A DNA stretch of 63,947 nucleotides, counting the filler, from Sandaracinaceae bacterium (lineage in GTDB: Bacteria > Myxococcota_A > Polyangia > Polyangiales > JADJQN01), in the NCBI GenBank assembly GCA_947483975.1. It is 3 parts of 3 records of this genome, joined end to end, with 100 filler letters (N's around TTAATTAATTAA, not from the genome) between each part and the next. Parts side by side here need not be neighbours in the genome. Positions count along the whole stretch, not along the records: positions 1 to 24,334 come from CANKOL010000035.1; positions 24,435 to 48,608 come from CANKOL010000036.1; 1 more part is not named here. One strand, 5' to 3'. This document shows positions 18,753 through 26,289 of this stretch, in pieces. The position numbers and the translations under genes are program-made. The stretch's first letter is position 1, and each line of letters starts with the position of its first letter. Under the pieces are notes generated by a model. That model was not told the DNA's origin. It ran no database searches and was given only the letters and a program-made list of their open reading frames with translations.

Positions 18753-19408
18753 GTGGGCTCCGGGGGCGACGGTGCAGGGTGCGCGTAATAGTAGCCCTCC
18801 TGCAAGTCGCAGCCGAGTTCTGCGAGCGCCTCGGCCTCCGCGAGCGTCTCGATTCCTTCGCCGACGACGAGCGCGCCCGAGTCTCCGCAGAGAGAGACGA
18901 GCGCCCCGACGAGGCGCTGCTTGCTCGAGGACGCGTCGAGGTCCCGCACGAGCGAGAGGTCGAGCTTGACGAGCTCAGGCGACAACGCCGCGAACGTCGT
19001 GAGCCCGGCCGAGCTCGCGCCGAGCCCGTCGAGCGCGATGCCGACGCCGGAAGTACGGAGCAGCTCGAGCTGCCGACGGCACGCTGCGAGGTCGCTCCCC
19101 GCGGTGCGTTCGCTTAAGACGAGCATCAGCTGCGAGGCCAGGCGCTTGGTCTTCAGCTGCGCGAGCAACGTGTCGTCGAAGAGTTCCTGGGTCGTCGGGC
19201 TGACGAGGAGCTTCGTCGCGGCGCTGCGGTCGTCGAGCACGCCAAGCGCGGACGCGAGCTCGGCGCGCGACACCCAGGCGTAGACGGTCTGCGCCGCGAA
19301 GCTGACGATCGGCCGATACGCCGTCGAGCCCAAGCGCCGTACCGCCTGAGCGGACGGCGCTCGCGGCGGAGGGGCCGCGGCGCGAACGATCGACAAGCGG
19401 GGTCCCAT
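18731..19408 (-). CDS. Stand-alone degenerate EAL-domain protein
   Basis: YRPIV, VKLDLSLVRDL, VGEGIET, CDLQEGYY retained; the EAL motif is absent and DDFGTG reads DGLGAS. Confidence 0.8.
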   Translation of the reverse strand: MGPRLSIVRAAAPPPRAPSAQAVRRLGSTAYRPIVSFAAQTVYAWVSRAELASALGVLDDRSAATKLLVSPTTQELFDDTLLAQLKTKRLASQLMLVLSERTAGSDLAACRRQLELLRTSGVGIALDGLGASSAGLTTFAALSPELVKLDLSLVRDLDASSSKQRLVGALVSLCGDSGALVVGEGIETLAEAEALAELGCDLQEGYYYAHPAPSPPEPTWFRPSR

Positions 19409-19430
19409 CTACGTCGTGCCTCTGACCGCA

Positions 19431-19458
19431 GGAGCGGCTGAATCGAGCGCTTCCTTGA
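19431..19458 (-). promoter_or_regulatory. Sigma28-like promoter for the EAL / REC-GGDEF / HDOD operon
   Basis: Minus strand TCAAG(19458-19454)-N15-GCCGCTCC(19438-19431). Confidence 0.5.
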
Positions 19459-19519
19459 GCAGGAACGACCCCGAGACAGACATAAGAGACAGTGCTGCGC
19501 AAGTTGTGTACGAATCCGC

Positions 19520-19547
19520 TCAAGCCTGGCGGCCATGCGACCGAAGA
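19520..19547 (+). promoter_or_regulatory. Sigma28-like promoter for fliC
   Basis: TCAAG(19520-19524)-N15-ACCGAAGA(19540-19547). Confidence 0.6.
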
Positions 19548-19616
19548 CATGGGTGCGACACGATGTCGGCCGGATGCCAAGACGGCGACCGGGAACCTCA
19601 AGGAAGAGAGATCACC

Positions 19617-20474
19617 ATGGCCCTCAGTATCAAGACGAACGTCGAATCCCTCACCGCCCAGCGCAACCTCTCGGCGACCTCCAAGGCGCTCGCGACGAAC
19701 TTCGGTCGTCTGTCGAGCGGCTTGCGCATCAACACCGCCGCGGACGACGCGGCCGGCCTCGCCATCAGCGAGAAGATGAAGGCCAACATCCGCTCGATGT
19801 CCCAGGCCGAGCGCAACGCGAACGACGGCATCTCGCTCCTGCAGACGGCGGAGGGCGCGCTCAACGAAAACGCGGGCGTCCTCGTCCGTATGCGTGAGCT
19901 GGCGATGCAGTCCTCCACCGACACCGTCGGCACCAACGAGAAGGCCCTGATCCAGAACGAGTTCACCCAGCTGACCTCGGAGATCAACCGCATCGCTCAG
20001 GTCACCGAGTTCAACGGGACCAACCTCTTCGCGGCTGCCGCCTCCACGGGCTTCGACTTCCAGGTCGGCATCGGCACGTCGGCGTCCGACAAGATCAACA
20101 CCGGTGCCGTCACGAGCATGTCCTCGGCCACGTACGGCGCCGCCGGTTCCACGGGCGGCACGGATCTCACCGCCCTCTCGGTCGCCTCGAAGACCGCGGC
20201 CGTCGCGGCCCTCACCGCGATCGACACCGCCATCGCGGCCACCTCGTCCTCTCGCGCAACCTTCGGCGCGATCCAGAACCGGCTGTCGGTCACGGTTTCG
20301 AACCTCCAGAGCGCCCGTGAGAACCTCAGCGCCGCCAACTCGCGTATCCGCGACGTCGACGTCGCCGAGGAGAGCGCGGCCATGACCCGAAACAACATCC
20401 TGATGCAGGCCGGCGTCTCCGTGCTGTCTCAGGCCAACCAGTCCCCGCAGGCGGCCCTCAAGCTGCTCCAGTGA
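19617..20474 (+). CDS. fliC: Flagellin (285 aa)
   Basis: MALSIKTNV..RLSSGLRINTAADDAAGLAISE..RNANDGISLLQTAEGAL; C-terminal GAIQNRL..ENLSAANSRIRDVDVAEE..ILMQAGVSVLSQANQ..LKLL; SD AGGAAGAGAG. Confidence 0.98.
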   Translation: MALSIKTNVESLTAQRNLSATSKALATNFGRLSSGLRINTAADDAAGLAISEKMKANIRSMSQAERNANDGISLLQTAEGALNENAGVLVRMRELAMQSSTDTVGTNEKALIQNEFTQLTSEINRIAQVTEFNGTNLFAAAASTGFDFQVGIGTSASDKINTGAVTSMSSATYGAAGSTGGTDLTALSVASKTAAVAALTAIDTAIAATSSSRATFGAIQNRLSVTVSNLQSARENLSAANSRIRDVDVAEESAAMTRNNILMQAGVSVLSQANQSPQAALKLLQ

Positions 20475-20478
20475 TCTG

Positions 20479-20626
20479 ACGCGCGGGGGTCGGGCGCGCT
20501 CGCCTGACCGCTCCTCCCCCCTGGGAAGCGCGGCTCGGCTGAGCCGCCCGACCTCCCCGCGCGTGTCCTCTCGCTCTCGCTTTTCTCCTCCTTTCTGCTT
20601 CTCTTCCGCCTCCTCCTCTCCGCCCC
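20479..20626 (+). terminator. Long stem-loop plus polypyrimidine tract between fliC and fliD (putative terminator/attenuator)
   Basis: Arm acgcgcgggggtcgggcg (20479-20496) pairs with cgcccgacctccccgcgcgt (20545-20564); a C/T-rich tract follows. Confidence 0.45.
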
Positions 20627-20636
20627 GGAGCCCCTC

Positions 20637-21998
20637 ATGGCCATCGCGTCGTTCAGCGGACTCGCCTCGGGCATCGACTCAGCGGCCCTGATCTCGGGCC
20701 TCGGCGCGGTTGCGCGGCAGCCGATCACTCGCCTGCAGACCAGCCAGACGACGCTCAAGACCCAGGCGGCCCGCGTCGACGACCTCTCGTCGAAGCTCAC
20801 CGCGCTCGCCACAGCGGCGCGCGCGCTCGACACGACGGACGAGGTCCTCGCCACCAGGGCGACCTCAGCCAACTCGAGCGTAGTCAGCGCCTCGGCGACC
20901 ACGGGCGCAGCGACGGGCTCCTACAACCTCCACGTCACCTCGCTCGCCAAGGCGACGCGCGCCTATACGGACCCGGTCGGCGCGGCCGATCAGGCGGGCC
21001 TCTTCGGCACGGGCACGCTCTCGCTGACGATCGGCGGGACGACCACCGACCTCAGCATCAGCGCCTCGGACACGCTCAGCTCCGTCGCCGACAAGATCAA
21101 CAACGCCGGCATCGGCGCCTCGGCGGGGCTCGTCTACGACGGCGCCAACTGGCGCCTCGCCGTCAACGGCACGGACACCGGCACGCCGAACGCCGTCACC
21201 TTCGGCGAGTCACCGGGGCTGACGCTCGGCCTCAACAAGCCCGCCAACCTCATTCAGCCCGCGGCCAACGCGGCGTTCGAGATCGATGGGCTCCCCGTCT
21301 CGAGCGCCTCGAACACGGTGACCACCGCGATCAACGGCGTCACGCTCGGCCTCGCCGGCGTGTCCGACGGGACGGCGACGACCGTCGTGCGGGTCGACCG
21401 CGACTCGGCGGCGCTCCAGACCAAGGTCAGCGCCTTCGTCAGCGCCTACAACGCCGTGATGAACGCGATCAGCTCCGAGACGCCGCAGGGCGGCATCGTG
21501 AAGGCCGGCGCGCTCGCGGGGGACTCGACGCTCCGAAACGTCCAGTCGGCGCTCCGGTCGACGGTCGGCAGCACGGTCGCCGGGCTGACGGGCGCGTACA
21601 CGAACCTCGCGTCCATCGGGATCTCGCTCGACCGCTACGGCACGATGTCCCTCGACACGGCGAAGCTCTCGACGGCGACTGCCAAAGACCCTGCGGGCGT
21701 GTCCGCGCTCTTCGCCTCGCAAACCGGCGCCACCGGCGTGATGCGCTCGCTGACGACGACCGTCGATGGCTACGTCACGAGCGGCACGGGCGTGCTCGCC
21801 ACGAAGGCGAAGAGCCTGCGCGACCGCGCGACGGGCCTACAGAAGACGATGGACGCCATGGAGCTGCGCGTCACGAAGTACGAGGACACGCTGAAGAAGC
21901 AGTTTGCGTCGCTCGAGTCCCTGATCTCCGGCATGAACTCCCAGAGCGCCCAGCTCGCCAGCGTCATCGCCAGCAACACGAACAACAACAACAAGTAG
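20637..21998 (+). CDS. fliD: Flagellar filament cap protein FliD
   Basis: SFSGLASGIDSAALI N-terminus; SASNTVTTAINGVTL, FVSAYN, LAGDSTLR, LASIGI, LKKQFASLESLISGMNSQ. Confidence 0.95.
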   Translation: MAIASFSGLASGIDSAALISGLGAVARQPITRLQTSQTTLKTQAARVDDLSSKLTALATAARALDTTDEVLATRATSANSSVVSASATTGAATGSYNLHVTSLAKATRAYTDPVGAADQAGLFGTGTLSLTIGGTTTDLSISASDTLSSVADKINNAGIGASAGLVYDGANWRLAVNGTDTGTPNAVTFGESPGLTLGLNKPANLIQPAANAAFEIDGLPVSSASNTVTTAINGVTLGLAGVSDGTATTVVRVDRDSAALQTKVSAFVSAYNAVMNAISSETPQGGIVKAGALAGDSTLRNVQSALRSTVGSTVAGLTGAYTNLASIGISLDRYGTMSLDTAKLSTATAKDPAGVSALFASQTGATGVMRSLTTTVDGYVTSGTGVLATKAKSLRDRATGLQKTMDAMELRVTKYEDTLKKQFASLESLISGMNSQSAQLASVIASNTNNNNK

Positions 21999-22047
21999 CC
22001 GAGCGCGCTCGGCTTCGCCCCCCACCGCCCCTCCACGAGGTAAGGCC

Positions 22048-22422
22048 ATGTCGTTCGCCGTCGCCCAGTACCAAAACGCCCGGGTAGATACCATCTCCCC
22101 CGTGCAGCTCGTCGTCGCGCTGTACGACGGCGCGCTCCGCTTCCTGCGGACCGCCGCCCTCGCGATCGACGACAACGACGTCGCCGCCAAGGGCGTGGCG
22201 CTCAACAAGGCGCACGCGATCATCACCGAGCTGATGGTGACGCTCGACCACGAGCAGGCCCCAGAGCTCTGTGGGCAGCTCGAGGCGCTCTACTCGTTCG
22301 TCCTCGACCGCATCGCGAAGGCGAACGCGGACCGCAACATCGAGATGATCGACGAGGCGGTACGGGCGCTCTTGCCACTGCGCGACGCCTGGGGACAGCT
22401 CGCGCGGGCGGGGCGGCCGTGA
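22048..22422 (+). CDS. fliS: Flagellin export chaperone FliS
   Basis: QYQ..ISPVQLVVALYDGALRFL..KAHAIITELMVTLD..LEALYSF..LRDAW. Confidence 0.95.
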   Translation: MSFAVAQYQNARVDTISPVQLVVALYDGALRFLRTAALAIDDNDVAAKGVALNKAHAIITELMVTLDHEQAPELCGQLEALYSFVLDRIAKANADRNIEMIDEAVRALLPLRDAWGQLARAGRP

Positions 22423-22766
22423 GCGCGACTGACCTCGAGACGCTGGTGGCCGCGCTCGAGGACGTCCACCTCGACGTCGAGACCGACGAGGTCGAGGGGC
22501 TGACGCTGGGGCTCGAGCGGCGTCAAATGATCCTCGATCAGATCCAGAAAGCTGACGGCTCAGGCCTCCTTCCCGCGGCGAGACTCGCCCTCCGGGAGCG
22601 CCTCGAGGCGGTGCAGGCGCGGGACGCGGCGGTGCTCGCCGGGCTGGTCCAGTGGCGAGCGGAGATCGCTGAAGCGCTTGAGGATTCCGGCCGGGCGAAG
22701 ACGGCGGTGAGGGGCTATCGGGCGACGGCGGATGTGCCGGAGAGCGGGACCCGTCGGACGGCGTGA
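22419..22766 (+). CDS. FliT-like helical protein
   Basis: 115-aa helical ORF overlapping the fliS stop, in the usual fliT position; LERRQMIL and C-terminal AVRGY. Confidence 0.5.
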   Translation: MSATDLETLVAALEDVHLDVETDEVEGLTLGLERRQMILDQIQKADGSGLLPAARLALRERLEAVQARDAAVLAGLVQWRAEIAEALEDSGRAKTAVRGYRATADVPESGTRRTA

Positions 22767-22811
22767 GTGAGGCGCGAAGGCTTGGGCACGGCGGTTGCTT
22801 TGACCCCGCTC

Positions 22812-23525
22812 ATGCCCACGACCAACCGCAGCTTCCCAGCCTCCGAACAGACCGTCACCGACGAGCGCGACCCGCAGCAGCGAATCCTGCGCGCGCTCAA
22901 CCGTACGCGCGCTGAGCTCGAGATCGTGCTCGGCGAGGTCACGAACGCGCGGACCGTCGAGCTCCGGCTCGAGCTCGTCGATCGCGCGCTGCGCCTGCAT
23001 TTCCTCGGCTCGCGCCTGAGCCGCCGGCTCTCGATGCTCGGCGAGGGCGGGCTCCTCGCGCTCTCGGCGATCCGCGAGACCGACGTCGCGTCGATCGTGC
23101 GTGAGTGCGCCGCGGAGGTCGCGCCCGAGTGCGGACGTCGGCAGATCTCGCTCGACCTGCGCCTCGACCCCGGGCTGCGCTCGACCTGGCTCGACGCCGA
23201 GCAGCTCTCGGAGGCGGTGCGCTGCTTGATCGACAACGCGATGGAGGCGCTGTCCGAGCAAGGCACGCTCTTCCTCGAGGCGCGGAATGACGCGCACGGG
23301 CTGTCCATCCTCGTGCGCGACGACCGCGGCGAGCGTGACGAAGCGGCGCCCCATGGGAGCGAGCTCTACGTCGCGGCGCGCTTCGCCGAGGCCCTCGACG
23401 GAGAGCTGATGCGTCATCCGGCGGGCCTCCTCGCCGACGTCGTGACCGAGACGATCTTGCGCATCCCGGTCACCCGGGCGAGCGAGCTGAGCGAAGCGAC
23501 CGCGCCGCGCTCGAACGCGGCATGA
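22812..23525 (+). CDS. Degenerate histidine-kinase-like ATPase (HATPase_c) protein
   Basis: DAEQLSEAVRCLIDNAMEA (N-box) present; G1 reads VRDDRG and G2 reads HGSELYVA; no clear phosphoacceptor H-box. Confidence 0.65.
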   Translation: MPTTNRSFPASEQTVTDERDPQQRILRALNRTRAELEIVLGEVTNARTVELRLELVDRALRLHFLGSRLSRRLSMLGEGGLLALSAIRETDVASIVRECAAEVAPECGRRQISLDLRLDPGLRSTWLDAEQLSEAVRCLIDNAMEALSEQGTLFLEARNDAHGLSILVRDDRGERDEAAPHGSELYVAARFAEALDGELMRHPAGLLADVVTETILRIPVTRASELSEATAPRSNAA

Positions 23526-24118
23526 GCTGCGCGCACGACATTCTCGCGGGGAGCCGCGCATTTCGCCCCACGACGACGGCGCCCTCCAAGGTCACTGCCC
23601 GCGGCCTGATGGTGCTCGCCCTGCTCAGCGCGGGGGCCATCACGCTGCTGCCCGCCGGCAGCGCGGCGGCGCAGACCCGCGGCTACGGCGTCACGCTGGA
23701 AGGCGGCAGCGGGCTCTCGATCGGGACCGGCTCGCAGACGGCGGTGCTCGAGCGCACCCCGATCTTCGTCGACGTCGGGCTGCGCACGACGCGCAGCGAT
23801 GTACCGACGCTGGCGTGGGGCGGCGCGCTGCGCGTCGAGGTCGACGGCCGAGTGGGAGTGGGCGGCGTCTTCCGGGCGGAGCTCGTGACGCCGCTCGGAC
23901 CGCTGTCGCTGCGCGCAGGGATCGGCGTACCGTTCTTCTTCGCGCCCTATGTGCTCGTCGGCCTGGAAGGCTCCCTCACCGTGCGCTGGCCAGCGACTGC
24001 CCCGGTCGCGGTGACGGCGTCGGTGCTGATCGACGCGTACTTCGCGGGCAGCGATCTGCCGCACGACGCCGCGCTCTTCATGACGAACGGAACCCTCGGT
24101 GTCGACCTCCTCTTCTGA
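23522..24118 (+). CDS. Hypothetical exported beta-barrel-like protein
   Basis: Signal peptide (alternative start ATG 23609); amphipathic strands; C-terminal F. Confidence 0.55.
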   Translation: MSCAHDILAGSRAFRPTTTAPSKVTARGLMVLALLSAGAITLLPAGSAAAQTRGYGVTLEGGSGLSIGTGSQTAVLERTPIFVDVGLRTTRSDVPTLAWGGALRVEVDGRVGVGGVFRAELVTPLGPLSLRAGIGVPFFFAPYVLVGLEGSLTVRWPATAPVAVTASVLIDAYFAGSDLPHDAALFMTNGTLGVDLLF

Positions 24119-24334
24119 CCGCGCGCTCATCCTCACGCTCGCCGCGCTGGCGCTCGCGCTCGCGCAGAGCTGCACACCGGATGCGTGCCTCCGACAGAGC
24201 GACTGCGCGCCTGCCTTCACATGCACGGCGGGCGCTTGCGTCGTGGACCCGATCGACGCGGGTCTCCCGGACGGCGCCGTCGTCGACGCCGGCCCAACCG
24301 ATGCCGGACCCATCGACGCGGGTCCGGTCGACGC
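24099..24334 (+). CDS. Cys-rich lipoprotein with D-A-G stalk, truncated at contig end
   Basis: LALAQSC lipobox; C.RQSDCAPAFTC.AG.C; DAGL, DAGP repeats running into the gap. Confidence 0.6.
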
Positions 24335-24434
24335 NNNNNNNNNNNNNNNNNNNNNNNNNNNNNNNNNNNNNNNNNNNNTTAATTAATTAANNNNNNNNNN
24401 NNNNNNNNNNNNNNNNNNNNNNNNNNNNNNNNNN
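24335..24434. other. Artificial contig linker
   Basis: N44-TTAATTAATTAA-N44 (stop codons in all six frames). Confidence 0.98.
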
Positions 24435-25889
24435 GTCCCAGCCGCGCAGGTAGCCGAGCCACGGGGTGGCGCCGGGCGTCAAATTGCCGAGCCACGCGAC
24501 GAAAGGGCTCCCGCTCGGCCCGAGGCCCACGCTCGTACCCGTGTTCGAGAAACCGCTGAGGCCGAGCCCCTCCGCGTTCGACCATGAGCCGCCGAGCTCG
24601 TCCCAGCGCGTTCCGGTCCACTTACGCAGGAAGACCCCGCCCGCGCCCGTCGCCGTGGCGAAGCTGACGACTGGGCGGTCGCTCGCGTCGAGCACCAGCG
24701 AGGGAGAGGACACGTTCGTCGTCTGGCTGAGGCCGTAGCCGTTGGTGGAGCTGCGCCCGAGCGCCGTCGTGTGCGGCACTCCCCAAGAGCTGCCGCCGAG
24801 CCCTTGCCAGAGCGTCGGCGTCGCGCAGTCGGCGCCGCCGTACCCGATGACGCAGGTGCACGCGCCGCTGGCGTCGACGACGCCGTGCCCGGTGCAGGTG
24901 AGCGCGTCGCTGAACTCGCAGCTCGCGCCGGCGAAGCCCGCCGCGCAGGCGTCGCAGCTCGCGCCGCCGTACCCGATGAAGCAAGTGCACGCGCCGCTCC
25001 CGTCGACGACGCCGTGCGCGGTGCAGGTGAGCGCGTCGCTGAACTCGCAGCTCGCGCCAGCGAAGCCCACCGCGCAGGCGTCACAGCTCGCGCCGCCGTA
25101 CCCGATGAAGCAGGTGCACGCGCCGCTCACGTCGACGACGCCGTGCCCGGTGCAGGTGAGCGCGTCGCTGAACTCGCAGCTCGGGCCGGCGTAGCCCGCC
25201 GCGCAGGCGTCGCAGCTCGGGCCGCCGTACCCGACGACGCAAGTGCACGCGCCGCTGGCGTCGACGACGCCGTGCGCCGTGCAGGTGAGCGCGTCGCTGA
25301 ACTCGCAGCTCGCGCCGGCGTAGCCCGCCGTGCAGGCGTCGCAGCTCGGGCCGCCGTAGCCCGTGACGCAGGTGCACGCGCCGCTGGCGTCGACGACGCC
25401 GTGCGCCGTGCAGGTGAGCGCGTCGCTGAACTCGCAGCTCGCGCCGGCGTAGCCCGCCGCGCAACTGTCACACGTCGCACCGGCGTATCCAGTCAAGCAC
25501 GTGCAGGTGCCATCGGCGGCGACCATCCCGTGACCGTGGCAGGTCGTCGAGTCCGTGAACTGGCAGCCCGTGCCGGTGAAGTGCGCCTCGCAGGTGCACG
25601 CGCCCGTCGCGCTCACGGTCCCGTGTCCGTGGCAGGTGACTGCGTCGCTGAACTCACACGCGGGGCCCACGAAGCCTGTCGGGCACGCGGCGCACTCCGC
25701 CCCTCCGAAGCCCGGATCGCACGCGCAGCCGCCATCGGGCTGCAGCACGCCATGACCTGCGCAGACACCCGCGTCGACGGCGGGACACTCCGCCCCGCCT
25801 GTGCCGTCCGCGCAGGGATCTCCGCAGCCAACGAGCACGACGAAGAGAGCGAGGCCGAGGGGTCCGTAGCGTCTGGTCAAGGCGTTCAT
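24435..25889 (-). CDS. Lipoprotein with tandem EGF/laminin-like Cys repeats and probable beta-propeller, C-terminus truncated
   Basis: Start MNALTRRYG (ATG 25889), lipobox LVGC; repeats CEFSDALTCTAHGVVDASGACTC..GYGG.SCD.C..GYAG.S; then W..LGGS repeats. Confidence 0.85.
24824..25700. repeat. 129-bp coding tandem repeat (43 aa): about 5 near-identical plus degenerate copies
   Basis: gcgtcgctgaactcgcagctc recurs at 24904, 25033, 25162, 25291 and 25420. Confidence 0.92.
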
Positions 25890-26289
25890 CTGTCCTCGTG
25901 AGTCGGGGGTTGGGGCGCTCTGGCGCGGTCCGGTCCTCTGCCCCCTCGAGCTGGCGAGAAGCACCCTCGGCACCAGAGACGAGCGGCGACGATGCCGTGC
26001 ACGCCGGATAATTACAACGAAAACCTGTCCCTGAATGGGGCCGTATCGTCGCCCGCGCGACGGGTACTCCGCATTGCGGGCGATTGTCGCGGAGAGCGCG
26101 TCCGGCGGCGCGCTCGGCGCGCGTGGGCAGGGCGTGTGTCCGCTCGGCTCGAGTCCCCTGGGGTGCCGGCATTCCCGCGATTGGCCACGTCGCCCCCGCC
26201 GAGCCGTGCCAGCCGCGCCGCCGCGAGCGCGGGCAGAGGGCGCCGCGCTCACTGAGCCGAGGTGAGCGCGGAGTGAACCGCGCGCTCGG

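Noticed and set aside
19560..19616. CsrA sites (GGA motifs) in the fliC leader
   Set aside because: GGA motifs occur by chance at this GC content and one is the SD; this cannot be supported without finding csrA/fliW.
24335..24434. AT-only palindrome TTAATTAATTAA inside N runs (also 48609-48708)
   Set aside because: Identical 100-bp synthetic linker with stops in six frames; not biological, and genes on either side are not neighbours.
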